Source: Candidatus Micrarchaeota archaeon (GTDB taxonomy: Archaea > Micrarchaeota > Micrarchaeia > Anstonellales > Bilamarchaeaceae). From it: 43,280 bases of DNA. Of the stretch, positions 9,663 to 18,789 are shown piece by piece (within the stretch, counting starts at the first letter, position 1; every line of letters starts with the position of its first letter). The stretch lies in NCBI GenBank assembly GCA_043816005.1, contig JBDRIM010000060.1, positions 1 through 43,280 of the forward strand, given 5' to 3'. Under the pieces are notes generated by a model. It was given only the letters and a program-made list of their open reading frames with translations. It made no database searches and had not been told where the DNA came from. A program made the position numbers and the translations under genes.

Positions 9663-10634
9663 TTATTCGGAATCATTTTGCTGTAGAAGCTGTTGAGGTT
9701 TGACTACACGAGGCAATATTACCTGTGATCCGACATTGTTAACACCAGAGATAGTCACAGTCCATCCAGTACGATCTCTTTCTTCATCATATCCTATTGG
9801 TGATGCTCCAGTTATGTGATTAAAATCTCTCTCAACATCCCGAATATCCATAATCCAGACATCAGGTTGGACAAGTTCTCGGTATTGTCCTCCTGGCCAT
9901 CTAAAATAAAAATAAGTGTGTGAATCACCAAATGGAACTACTGAAAATTCCCTTGTATTTAGAACTCCGATTGAAGCACCAGTAACGTTTTGCGGCCGTA
10001 GCTCTTGTTCACTTAGACTTGGACTTCCCCAAAGGCGGTAGATAAATTTTTCATCTATTGATAAATTTCCTTTTGGTAATTTGAATGCCTGGAACCACCC
10101 AGTATTCGTAATTGTTGCTACTACTGGTGTTGATTCGCCAACTGGCAACCATATGCTTGCAGCAAGAACAGATACTCCAGGCATGTGATATTCTGGAACT
10201 TGGGCATGTGGAATTTTTTGTTCAATATTAAGTGTACAGCACTCATCAGAACTAGCTAATCTACCAACATAGACAAATTTCTCAGTTACCCACCAGACAG
10301 TGCCATCTTCCGCACAAGTAAATGCTAATTGCTTGCTACCATCAAAAACACGAGATGCATCAACCACACCTGCAACACCAAGTTCAGAACCTTTTGTTCT
10401 CATGGTTTTTTCAACATACGCAACTACAGTTCCGTCACCTAACAATGGATCTTTACTGCACCAAAATCTTCCTGGTTTGTTTGTTTCTCCTAATTCTACT
10501 GGCGAAGAAAATCGTAAAAATGCAGGTGGTTTGATAACCAATGCAGCTACTAAAGCACCAGCTGTTAGACCAGCACTTGCATAAAGAATTTTCCTCGATG
10601 TGGATATCTTAGACACAGAAAAAATTAGTACCAA
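9663..10634 (-). CDS. Membrane-anchored hypothetical protein, beta-rich
   Basis: Long ORF in the kinase cluster with one N-terminal hydrophobic helix. Start uncertain (GTG at 10616 possible). Confidence 0.65.
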   Translation of the reverse strand: MVLIFSVSKISTSRKILYASAGLTAGALVAALVIKPPAFLRFSSPVELGETNKPGRFWCSKDPLLGDGTVVAYVEKTMRTKGSELGVAGVVDASRVFDGSKQLAFTCAEDGTVWWVTEKFVYVGRLASSDECCTLNIEQKIPHAQVPEYHMPGVSVLAASIWLPVGESTPVVATITNTGWFQAFKLPKGNLSIDEKFIYRLWGSPSLSEQELRPQNVTGASIGVLNTREFSVVPFGDSHTYFYFRWPGGQYRELVQPDVWIMDIRDVERDFNHITGASPIGYDEERDRTGWTVTISGVNNVGSQVILPRVVKPQQLLQQNDSE

Positions 10635-10680
10635 AAAGAATAAATAAGAATGTGGTAAGGTACGTATTTGTTTGTAAATA

Positions 10681-11706
10681 CTAACCAGGTGGTGATTTTG
10701 GTTTTTTCTTGTCTGGATCTAATTGGATACCCAAGTCAGATTGATCACCATATGATGTTTGTCCATCCTTAACACGATGTCCGACATCAGCAACTTTCAT
10801 ATCAACTTGTTTTCCTGGATTAGAAATATCTCCACGAACAGTTGTTTCGCCAGTTACATGGTGAGCTGGTTGCGAAATATATGTTGGAGCACGTTTACCA
10901 ACAACAGTTTCATCACCAACATGAGTTGTACGCTTAGCAGATTCGTGAGTACCTACCTGTGCCAGAAAAGTAGATGAATCAACTTTACGGCCAGCTTGTG
11001 CAATTGGTTTTTGTGCTTCAGTAGTTGGAGCTGAAAAATCAGGAACACTTGCATCGCATACAAGATTTTCTTCTGCATTAATTGTAGCAACAGAAATATT
11101 TGATTGGAATGTTTGAGCTGCTGCAACTGTTTTTTGTCCATATTTTCCATCGAGAACAAGACTGCCGTTCATTTCGTTATTGGTTTTAGTTTGAAGAGAG
11201 ATAACTGCAGCATAGGTAGCACGATCAAATTCGCCTGGTTTGTAACCAGATTTAAGATGACCAAGATCAACAAGGGTTTGTTGTAAAGCAACAACATCAA
11301 CTTTTTTGTCTCTAGTCCATCTTTTAGCATCAGCAAATCTTTGCTCTTCGGTTATCCTTGGTTTTGGAGTAGGTGCATCTTCTACTTTTGCTGTTCTCCC
11401 ATCGACAAATGCAATTACAGTTGCCATATTAACATCATAAGTTTTGCCTTTCTTTGCATCTATTACTTGGCATTTGAATTCTTCTTCTGATTTTGGAAAT
11501 TGACCACTTTCTAAGAATTTTGTAAGATCTGCACGAGTTATTGGGCCTTTGACTATAAAGGTTACTTCATGACCATCTTGTTTGCTTGGAGCAGAAACTC
11601 GATAAGAACTTACTGGAGGTTTTACTTCCTGTCTTGGGAGAAGAGTGTCTGGTTTCATAATTTGGCTAAACGCATCCGGTTTTATAACTTCTTTTTCTAC
11701 TGGCAT
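10681..11706 (-). CDS. Protein with a peptidoglycan-binding (PG_binding_1-like) domain
   Basis: DVVALQQTLVDLGHL...GEFDRATYAAVISLQ...LVLDGKYGQKT fits the PGBD consensus. Confidence 0.75.
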   Translation of the reverse strand: MPVEKEVIKPDAFSQIMKPDTLLPRQEVKPPVSSYRVSAPSKQDGHEVTFIVKGPITRADLTKFLESGQFPKSEEEFKCQVIDAKKGKTYDVNMATVIAFVDGRTAKVEDAPTPKPRITEEQRFADAKRWTRDKKVDVVALQQTLVDLGHLKSGYKPGEFDRATYAAVISLQTKTNNEMNGSLVLDGKYGQKTVAAAQTFQSNISVATINAEENLVCDASVPDFSAPTTEAQKPIAQAGRKVDSSTFLAQVGTHESAKRTTHVGDETVVGKRAPTYISQPAHHVTGETTVRGDISNPGKQVDMKVADVGHRVKDGQTSYGDQSDLGIQLDPDKKKPKSPPG

Positions 11707-11751
11707 AGGGATCCCAATAGCTATTCAACAATTAGAAAAATAAACCTTTTG

Positions 11752-13215
11752 TTATTGGTTAGATGGAACAACTCTCTGAAAACTTAGATCTGTAAAAACG
11801 CTATTGTTAGCATCAACCTCGATATAAATAGGTAAATGACCTGACAATGAAAGAACAATAGTGTGTTTTCCAGTGAGTTTGTTTACAAACGGTGTTTCGC
11901 CAAGAGCTCTTTGCCATCGTGTTCCATCGTTTGCTGTTTCTATCATATGAACTGAAGCACCACCTGGTTTGGTTTGAATTTTAACCGAATATTGTTTTAG
12001 ATCAACTAATGGAATTAATTCAACTGGAGCCGGAGTAATAATTGATGGAGCTTCTGGTTTTTCATGAACAGATGGGACAAGTCTTGATGCTGCAGCTATT
12101 AATACAGCCGCACCAGTAGCAGCCCACCAAACATATCTTGGAATTCTGTTTTTTACTATTACTACTGGTGCTTGAAGAGTATCGTGGACCCCCTCTTCCT
12201 GAACATAATCCAATCTCAGACCAACACTAACAGCATACGCAAAAATATTTTCTCTAATTTCAGCAACAGAATCCAACCGATCTTTTGGATTTTTTTCCAT
12301 TGCACGGACAACAAGATCACTAAGTTCTTTTGGAATGTGTAAATTTACCTCTGATGGAGGTATTAAATCGTCAGAAATATGTTTCATAGCAATACGTATG
12401 GAGAGAGGCTGTTCACCAGAACTGTTTGAAGTAAAAGGAAATTGATTGCAAAATAAAAAATACATTACAACACCAACAGAATAGACATCAATACGATGAT
12501 CGAACTTACCACCAGTTGTTACTTCAGGTGCCATGTACTCTGGAGTTCCCATGCACACCCCAGGACGAGTAAGATGACCTTCGGGTGGAATTTGAAGATC
12601 GAACATTTTAGCAAGACCAAAATCAATTAATTTTAACCTTAATGATCCATCTGGCATTTCAAGAAGAATGATATTTTCAAGTTTTATATCTCTGTGTATA
12701 AAACCTTTAGCATGTATGGCCGATAGACCATCACACAATTGAACTAGAATAGATAATTGTTGGTCAAATGGTAATGCACCAACATTAAAGAGATGCTGGG
12801 ATAAGTCGATACCCCGTAAATATTCCATAGCAAAAAATGGTTTTCCTTGAAATTCGCCCACTTCCAGCATGTCTACAATATTTGGATGACGAAATTTTGA
12901 TACAATATTTGCTTCTCTGAAGAATCTGGTTCTGGCTTCAGTATCAATAATTAATTGAGAGTGCATTAGCTTAATTGCAACTTCTTTCTTTGAAGATGTA
13001 TCTTCTGCCAAATAAACAGTTCCCATACCACCGCCACCAAGGCGCTTGACAATTTTATATTGCAGAATGTGAGTACCAATTAATGGATCATTGATCTGAG
13101 AAACAGGAGCCTGACGAATTCGATCCGGTGAGAGAATAGATCCTTTTCTAATTTCACCTGCACGTGGATCTATAGTATCACCTGAACGTGGTGGTTTCAT
13201 ACCTTGTCCTACCAT
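11752..13215 (-). CDS. Hanks-type Ser/Thr kinase with a TM helix and C-terminal PEGA-like domain
   Basis: GGGGMGTV, VAIK, HRDIKLEN, DFG, GTPEYMAPE. TM YVWWAATGAAVLIAA. Tail IQTKPGGASV...LGETP...GKHTIVLSLSGH. Confidence 0.92.
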   Translation of the reverse strand: MVGQGMKPPRSGDTIDPRAGEIRKGSILSPDRIRQAPVSQINDPLIGTHILQYKIVKRLGGGGMGTVYLAEDTSSKKEVAIKLMHSQLIIDTEARTRFFREANIVSKFRHPNIVDMLEVGEFQGKPFFAMEYLRGIDLSQHLFNVGALPFDQQLSILVQLCDGLSAIHAKGFIHRDIKLENIILLEMPDGSLRLKLIDFGLAKMFDLQIPPEGHLTRPGVCMGTPEYMAPEVTTGGKFDHRIDVYSVGVVMYFLFCNQFPFTSNSSGEQPLSIRIAMKHISDDLIPPSEVNLHIPKELSDLVVRAMEKNPKDRLDSVAEIRENIFAYAVSVGLRLDYVQEEGVHDTLQAPVVIVKNRIPRYVWWAATGAAVLIAAASRLVPSVHEKPEAPSIITPAPVELIPLVDLKQYSVKIQTKPGGASVHMIETANDGTRWQRALGETPFVNKLTGKHTIVLSLSGHLPIYIEVDANNSVFTDLSFQRVVPSNQ

Positions 13216-13284
13216 GTTGTACTTTATGTTTCAAAAGAGATTTAAACCTGTGGCAATTATATATTCTATTAAGGAGATGAGAAT

Positions 13285-13434
13285 ATGATAGAATACAGCG
13301 AGTATAAAGGAAATAAACTTATAGTTTTGAAGAGAAATGAAGAGGATAAATATCCATTTAGTTTTGGAAAGACGAAAGCAAAACTTATTGTGGAAAATTT
13401 TGAAGCGATAAAAAAATTTGCTGAAGAGGATTAA
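13285..13434 (+). CDS. Small 49-aa hypothetical protein, not in the ORF track (MIEYSEYKGNKLIVLKRNEEDKYPFSFGKTKAKLIVENFEAIKKFAEED)
   Basis: AAGGAG RBS at 13271-13276, protein-like composition, fills the gap, and its stop overlaps the stop of the convergent gene. Confidence 0.75.
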   Translation: MIEYSEYKGNKLIVLKRNEEDKYPFSFGKTKAKLIVENFEAIKKFAEED

Positions 13435-14459
13435 CCGTCCATAAATTTCCAAAAAATATAGTCAAAAATTTTCTTTTGTATTTTGCCCTTTGGATTTTCC
13501 AAAAGCCATTGAACAAACCAGTAAAATGGCCATGTATGTGCAATATTAAAGATAAGTGTTTGCCACCGATGGGCTGAAACCATTTCCCCCATTATCCTCT
13601 CACCGCACCTATCACCGCGAATGGATTTTGCAACTCCTTCTCCACTTTTTACTGCGTAATATATCCCTTCAGTTGTTACCGGGTTCAGAAAACCTGCAGC
13701 ATCTCCAACTAAAAAAACATTACCAAACTTCCACCCTCGATAATCCGCATTTCCTTTCATACCTTCGGATTTCAGTTTCTTTGTATCAAGAGAGAATTCT
13801 TTTGTTACCCATTCTTTTACTCTTGGTGCAAGTTTTTTCTGGATTGAATCTGGTTCTCCAATTGCACCACCAAACATGGTCTGACCTAAATTCTTGGACA
13901 TTACATAACCATATCCATGAGGGAATATCTTAGGGAGCCAATAAACAGCAAAACGATCAGACGGTTTGTCAACAATAAAATGAAATGCCCAACCTACAAT
14001 ATGTTTCATTGGTAATTTTAAAAACTCACGAACTTTGGAAAATGAACCATCTGCACCAACAAGATATTTGTATTCGTATTTATTTTTCTCAGTAATAACG
14101 TGTGTTTTTGTTATTTCTATAACTAGCTCAGAAAAATGCACGTCGGCATCAGAACTATTTTTTAAAAAAGTTTCAAGTTCAGATCTGCCAACTGTCCATA
14201 AAAAAGGTTTACCATAAGTAACTGGAACAACACCTTTGTAAGTTCCTACAAATACTGTTTTCCACTCCTGTGCTCCCTTAAATTTAGTATCAGGAAACGT
14301 TTTGGAAGAAACTTCACCGGAGCAAATTTTTTTGCCTAGTCGATCGTTTTTTTCCAATACTAGAACTTTTAATCCAGATCCAGAAAGATGTCGTGCGCAA
14401 GAAAGACCGCCTGGTCCACCGCCTACAATAACGACATCATACTTTGTTTGCATAAGCAT
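13431..14459 (-). CDS. FAD-dependent oxidoreductase, geranylgeranyl reductase family
   Basis: YDVVIVGGGPGG, VGADG, YGY, LVGDAAG...EGIYYA. Start moved to 14459 or 14453. Confidence 0.88.
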   Translation of the reverse strand: MLMQTKYDVVIVGGGPGGLSCARHLSGSGLKVLVLEKNDRLGKKICSGEVSSKTFPDTKFKGAQEWKTVFVGTYKGVVPVTYGKPFLWTVGRSELETFLKNSSDADVHFSELVIEITKTHVITEKNKYEYKYLVGADGSFSKVREFLKLPMKHIVGWAFHFIVDKPSDRFAVYWLPKIFPHGYGYVMSKNLGQTMFGGAIGEPDSIQKKLAPRVKEWVTKEFSLDTKKLKSEGMKGNADYRGWKFGNVFLVGDAAGFLNPVTTEGIYYAVKSGEGVAKSIRGDRCGERIMGEMVSAHRWQTLIFNIAHTWPFYWFVQWLLENPKGKIQKKIFDYIFWKFMDG

Positions 14460-14508
14460 CAATAGATAAATACCCCGATTAAAAAGGGAGATTACAAAGA
14501 ACTGTAGG

Positions 14509-14562
14509 TTGTCCTTGAACGTAAAAGCGTTCAAGACAGTAGAGAAAACTACGGTTTTCTCT
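14509..14562 (-). repeat. Intergenic paired-hairpin element
   Basis: Minus strand: AGAGAAAAC-cgta-GTTTTCTCT then ACTGTCTTGAAC-gcttttac-GTTCAAGGACAA. The arms of the second stem are identical to 37656-37682. Confidence 0.85.
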
Positions 14563-14573
14563 CCATCTTTGAA

Positions 14574-14954
14574 TTAGACTAAAACGCCGTTTACCACACC
14601 GTCCTGACCGATCCTATTTGTGATTTTCACTTTACCTAGTTCTGTTTCAACTACTGCACCGCGGGTCATAATGTTCATACGAACAAATTCCGGATTGTGA
14701 CTGGATAAAACACGTATGATCTTGACTTTCTTCATCTTGTCTTTATTTACGACGTTGATGAAAACGGCTTTTTTCATTTTTATACCATGGTTTCCGCCAC
14801 GTCCGCGTGTTTTCACCTTTACTTCTTTTTCAGCAATTTTGGTTGATGCAAACACTCCGCCAGAATGGGATAATTTTTTATCCCTGGACTTTCTTCTTCT
14901 GCCGCCAGTACCTGCGCCAACTTTTTTATTATGTGGTTTGTGATATTGTTCCAT
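14574..14954 (-). CDS. rps8e: 30S ribosomal protein S8e
   Basis: GTGGRRRKSRDKK, RGRGGN, NIMTRGAVVETELG, NRIGQDGVVNGVLV. Confidence 0.95.
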   Translation of the reverse strand: MEQYHKPHNKKVGAGTGGRRRKSRDKKLSHSGGVFASTKIAEKEVKVKTRGRGGNHGIKMKKAVFINVVNKDKMKKVKIIRVLSSHNPEFVRMNIMTRGAVVETELGKVKITNRIGQDGVVNGVLV

Positions 14955-14976
14955 TATATTACCTCACGCTATTCAA

Positions 14977-15063
14977 ACACAAAATTTCATAGATTTTGTG
15001 TGCATGTCGCGAACGTCGCAACGTTCACGATCATGATCAAGAACGAATTATCGTTCTTGACAT
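14977..15063. repeat. Three consecutive hairpins, two of them oppositely oriented TGTC-NN-GAAC...GTTC-NN-GATCA units
   Basis: Stems at 14977-15001, 15004-15034 and 15033-15063, read directly. Confidence 0.8.
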
Positions 15064-15161
15064 CATAAATTATCAAATTTATAATACAATATAAAATTGA
15101 GAATATAAGTAGGACTTATTAAGACGATACGGATTTTAAAACATTATGATAATGTCATTTT

Positions 15162-15554
15162 ATGCAAATTCTGCTTATTACAAGTAAACTTGATCCAATA
15201 GTAATACCGAAGAAACTTGAGAAATTCGATGCAGTAGCTGTTCGAACAGGAGTGATTATGTCAATAGAAGAATTACGATTGGCTGACTATCTTGCAAAAC
15301 AGGCATTTACAAACAAAAAAAATATTGCAAATAAATTCAAATATGAATTTCTTCTTTGGTTAGCCGGAAAGCGTGATATCAAAAGCGCAATCGAAGAAAC
15401 CAACCCAAATGAAAACACTTTCATAGTAATTGTATTTTCAGGAGATGCTGACCATATTCTTGAAGTAATAGATGCCAAAAAACTTGAACTAAAAATAAAA
15501 AAGGATGCAGAACCAAGTAGCATAGAAAAAATAGCACTTTCTAGGTTAAAGTGA
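15162..15554 (+). CDS. cgi121: KEOPS complex subunit Cgi121
   Basis: A...AFTNKKNIANKFKYEFLLWLAGKRDIKSAI and terminal IEKIAL. Confidence 0.8.
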   Translation: MQILLITSKLDPIVIPKKLEKFDAVAVRTGVIMSIEELRLADYLAKQAFTNKKNIANKFKYEFLLWLAGKRDIKSAIEETNPNENTFIVIVFSGDADHILEVIDAKKLELKIKKDAEPSSIEKIALSRLK

Positions 15555-15603
15555 TGGTTTAACAATCTTAACATTCATAGGAATTTGAAGAGGTGTAATT
15601 GAA

Positions 15604-16242
15604 ATGCCATTAAATAAATTAAAACGCATGTTGGTACCTCAAGATGATATTTTCTTCAAATTAATGCAGAAACAGGCAGACACTGCAGATGAAGCATCAC
15701 ATGCCCTCCACGACCTTTTTAAGAATTACAGGGATGTGGGAGAAAAATCAAAGAAAATAAAGGATCTTGAGCATCAGGGAGATCAATTGATGCGAGATAT
15801 TTATATGGCGTTAAACAAAACATTTATTGTTCCCATAGATCACAGCGACATATCAACTCTTGCAAGTGCTCTTGACGATGTTCTTGATTTGATAGATCAT
15901 GTTGCAGCATTTATGGTTATTTACGAAATTAAAGCTCCTTCTAATGATATGAAAGAATTGGTGGATGTATTAGTTGAACAAGCAGATGAACTTACAAAAG
16001 CAGTTGCATTAATAGATAGTCCAAAAACATATGGAAAGGTTATAATACACTGTACAAAGATTAAACAATTAGAGAATAAAGCTGACGAATTATACAGACA
16101 AGCAATTGGTGCATTATTTAAGAAAAATGATGCAATGGAAGCATTAAAGCAAAAAGAGATTTTAGATTGTTTAGAATCAGCAACAGATAAGATAGATAAA
16201 GCTGCCCAGTACATGTCTGATATTGTTATGAAACATTCTTAG
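15604..16242 (+). CDS. DUF47 / PhoU-like phosphate transport regulator
   Basis: DLEHQGD, LNKTFIVPIDHSDI, LENKAD, LESATD. Adjacent to a PiT gene. Confidence 0.9.
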   Translation: MPLNKLKRMLVPQDDIFFKLMQKQADTADEASHALHDLFKNYRDVGEKSKKIKDLEHQGDQLMRDIYMALNKTFIVPIDHSDISTLASALDDVLDLIDHVAAFMVIYEIKAPSNDMKELVDVLVEQADELTKAVALIDSPKTYGKVIIHCTKIKQLENKADELYRQAIGALFKKNDAMEALKQKEILDCLESATDKIDKAAQYMSDIVMKHS

Positions 16243-16252
16243 GGTCTGGCAA

Positions 16253-17263
16253 ATGATTGAACTATTTATTTTAACTATTATAATGGCACTTGTCTTTGAC
16301 TTCATTAATGGATTTCATGATAGTGCAAATGCAATATCCACAATTGTTGCAACTCGTGTTCTCACACCAATACAAGCTGTTTCAATGGCAGCAATTGGAA
16401 ATCTTATTGGTCCTTTGTTTTTCACTACTGCAATTGCAGCTACCATAGGTAAGGGGATTATAGATACAGAAGTAATCCGAAATATTTTGCCTCAGGAAAC
16501 ATTTGTTGTGATGATTTTGGCTGCTCTTGTAGGAGCTATAGTATGGGACCTGATTACATGGTATTTCGGAATACCAGTTTCGAGCAGCCATGCACTTGTT
16601 GGAGGATTGGTAGGAGCAGCAACAGTTGCAGTTGGACCAGGAGTATTATTAGGTGAAGGAATTGCAAAGGTCGTGGCTTTCATAGTCATATCTCCATTGA
16701 TAGGTTTTGTAGCGGCATTTTTGCTTGCATTAGTAGTAATGCGTTCTTTTAGAAAAACTGCAACAGAAAAAATAAATAAATGGTTTAGAAAACTCCAGAT
16801 AGTATCTGCATTGTTTTATTCTATAACTCATGGTACTAACGACGCACAAAAAACAATGGGGATAATAACGATTTTGCTTGTTGTTGGTGGATTTCTTACT
16901 GAGTTCGATGTTCCACTTTGGGTTATCTTTGCATGCCACATTTCAATTTCCCTTGGAACCTTTTTAGGTGGATGGAGAATAGTCAAAACTATGGCACATA
17001 AAATAACGCAATTGAGACCATATCAGGGGTTTTGTGCTGAAACCGCAGGTGGTGTTGTTTTGGTAGTTATGGCTCATTTCGGGATACCAGTAAGCACTAC
17101 TCACGCAATAGCAGGATCAATAATGGGTGTTGGTTCAACTAAAAATCCAAAAAGCGTTCGTTGGGGAGTAAGTAAGAATATTATAATTGCATGGATAATT
17201 ACCATTCCGTTTAGTGCTGTTGTTGGTGGATTTAGTTTCCTTGTTTTGAATTATATAATATAA
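16253..17263 (+). CDS. pit: Inorganic phosphate transporter, PiT family
   Basis: NGFHDSANAI, GIPVSSSH, HGTNDAQK, PVSTTH. Confidence 0.95.
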   Translation: MIELFILTIIMALVFDFINGFHDSANAISTIVATRVLTPIQAVSMAAIGNLIGPLFFTTAIAATIGKGIIDTEVIRNILPQETFVVMILAALVGAIVWDLITWYFGIPVSSSHALVGGLVGAATVAVGPGVLLGEGIAKVVAFIVISPLIGFVAAFLLALVVMRSFRKTATEKINKWFRKLQIVSALFYSITHGTNDAQKTMGIITILLVVGGFLTEFDVPLWVIFACHISISLGTFLGGWRIVKTMAHKITQLRPYQGFCAETAGGVVLVVMAHFGIPVSTTHAIAGSIMGVGSTKNPKSVRWGVSKNIIIAWIITIPFSAVVGGFSFLVLNYII

Positions 17264-17283
17264 AAATAACAATTAGAAAAAAT

Positions 17284-18723
17284 CTAAATACCAAGTTGCT
17301 TTGAAAGTACATCACGATCAATTGGAAGTTCAATACCAAGAACTTTATGAATGAAAATGAACATATCGATTATTTTTATTTTGTCTTTTGTTATTTTGTC
17401 TGCCATCTGCTTTATTGTAAGTTCTTTACCAATTAATTCGTAAAGCATAAGGCCCTCTTTACCATAAATTTTATAGACTGCATAACCATCATCACCATAT
17501 TTCTTACGCACATCTGCTCTTGAAACGGGTTTAACAATTAACATACCATTTTCAAGCATAAAATGAAGTATATCTGAAACTTCATAAAGAGGAGTTTCTA
17601 TTTTGAGTGTAATATCAAGAATATCATTCTTACCGTCAATATTTTCTAGGATCTTACTTCCTTTTTCACCATATTTCAAAAGAATTTTTGCCTTTGTCTG
17701 TACTGATTTTATAATGTCGAGTGGAGCTTTTATTGGAATTTCAATTGGGGAAATAATTGATTGTGCCTCATCGGGATTTGTATCAAAAATTGGCTTGAAA
17801 CCTCCACCCTCAGATTGTGTTTGAGTAGGTGGTTCTTTTGTCTGTTTGGTTGTTGAACCACCAAATCCAGATTTAGATTGTGAATTTTTGTTTTTTGGGT
17901 AGTCAAGTTTGATTATACCTTGCTCATCCATAAAGTCAAGTATTTCAACTAATTTAGGCTCTGTGAGACCAGTCTCGCGCATTATCTCCTCTGCAGTTCG
18001 TTGACCATCGATGAGGGTGTAAACGCGTAAACCAACATCCCCATATTTATCTGAAATTATTTTCTCAACAGGACTTAATTCGTTTTCACTGCTTGGAGCT
18101 TCCTCATTCTCTTCAAATGCAGTGATAGATACATCATCTGAAGAACTAGATTCTTCTTGTTCTTTTTCACCAAATTGTATTTCTTCGCTTTCTTCTTCTG
18201 CTTCTTTTTCTTCTGCTTCTTTTTCTTTTGCTTCTTCCTCGTCGTATTCAGTAATTGGACGAATTTCTTCGCTGATACCACCTATTTTGATTTCTTCAGG
18301 TTCCTTTAGCGTACTTTTTTTCTTTTTCACTGGTTTTGGTTCTTCTTCAAGAGGTTGAACATCAGGTTCAAGTTCAATTTCTTCTTCCGGTGGGATATCC
18401 TCAAGATTGCGTCCTGGTTCTGGTTCTTCTTCTGGCTCTGGAATGTCGATGGCCTTAGTATCAAGTGCAGCAGATGCTTTTTTATTTACAGGTTCAAGTT
18501 CAACCATGCCAGCATCGTGCATAAATGTAAGAATCTGATCGAAGAGGGAATCTTCAATACCAAGATCTTTTTTTAATTCGGTAGATGTTCTCTTACCCGT
18601 AATTACCTTATAGACTTGAAGGCCAACTTCGCCGAATTTTTTTATAAGTAGATTTTGGTTCTTGAAACGTTGGAGTGGACCTTTCTCTGTTTTTTTTATT
18701 TTGTAATCTAGGCTATCTTGCAT
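17284..18723 (-). CDS. Hypothetical protein with four winged-helix-like repeats and an acidic linker
   Basis: K(F/Y)G..G..(V/I).....G repeats: KFGEVGLQVY, KYGDVGLRVY, KYGEKGSKIL, KYGDDGYAVY. Confidence 0.8.
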   Translation of the reverse strand: MQDSLDYKIKKTEKGPLQRFKNQNLLIKKFGEVGLQVYKVITGKRTSTELKKDLGIEDSLFDQILTFMHDAGMVELEPVNKKASAALDTKAIDIPEPEEEPEPGRNLEDIPPEEEIELEPDVQPLEEEPKPVKKKKSTLKEPEEIKIGGISEEIRPITEYDEEEAKEKEAEEKEAEEESEEIQFGEKEQEESSSSDDVSITAFEENEEAPSSENELSPVEKIISDKYGDVGLRVYTLIDGQRTAEEIMRETGLTEPKLVEILDFMDEQGIIKLDYPKNKNSQSKSGFGGSTTKQTKEPPTQTQSEGGGFKPIFDTNPDEAQSIISPIEIPIKAPLDIIKSVQTKAKILLKYGEKGSKILENIDGKNDILDITLKIETPLYEVSDILHFMLENGMLIVKPVSRADVRKKYGDDGYAVYKIYGKEGLMLYELIGKELTIKQMADKITKDKIKIIDMFIFIHKVLGIELPIDRDVLSKQLGI

Positions 18724-18789
18724 TGAACCACATTAATCATTAAAATAATTATCAAAATGTTTATTAACATAGGTCATTTATATTAGCAT

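Noticed and set aside
13231..13452. 73-aa minus-strand ORF
   Set aside because: It is the shadow of the better-supported + strand 49-aa gene, which has an RBS.
14460..14534. N-terminal extension of the FAD oxidoreductase
   Set aside because: The called start lies inside the hairpin element, and the dinucleotide-binding motif normally begins right after the start Met.
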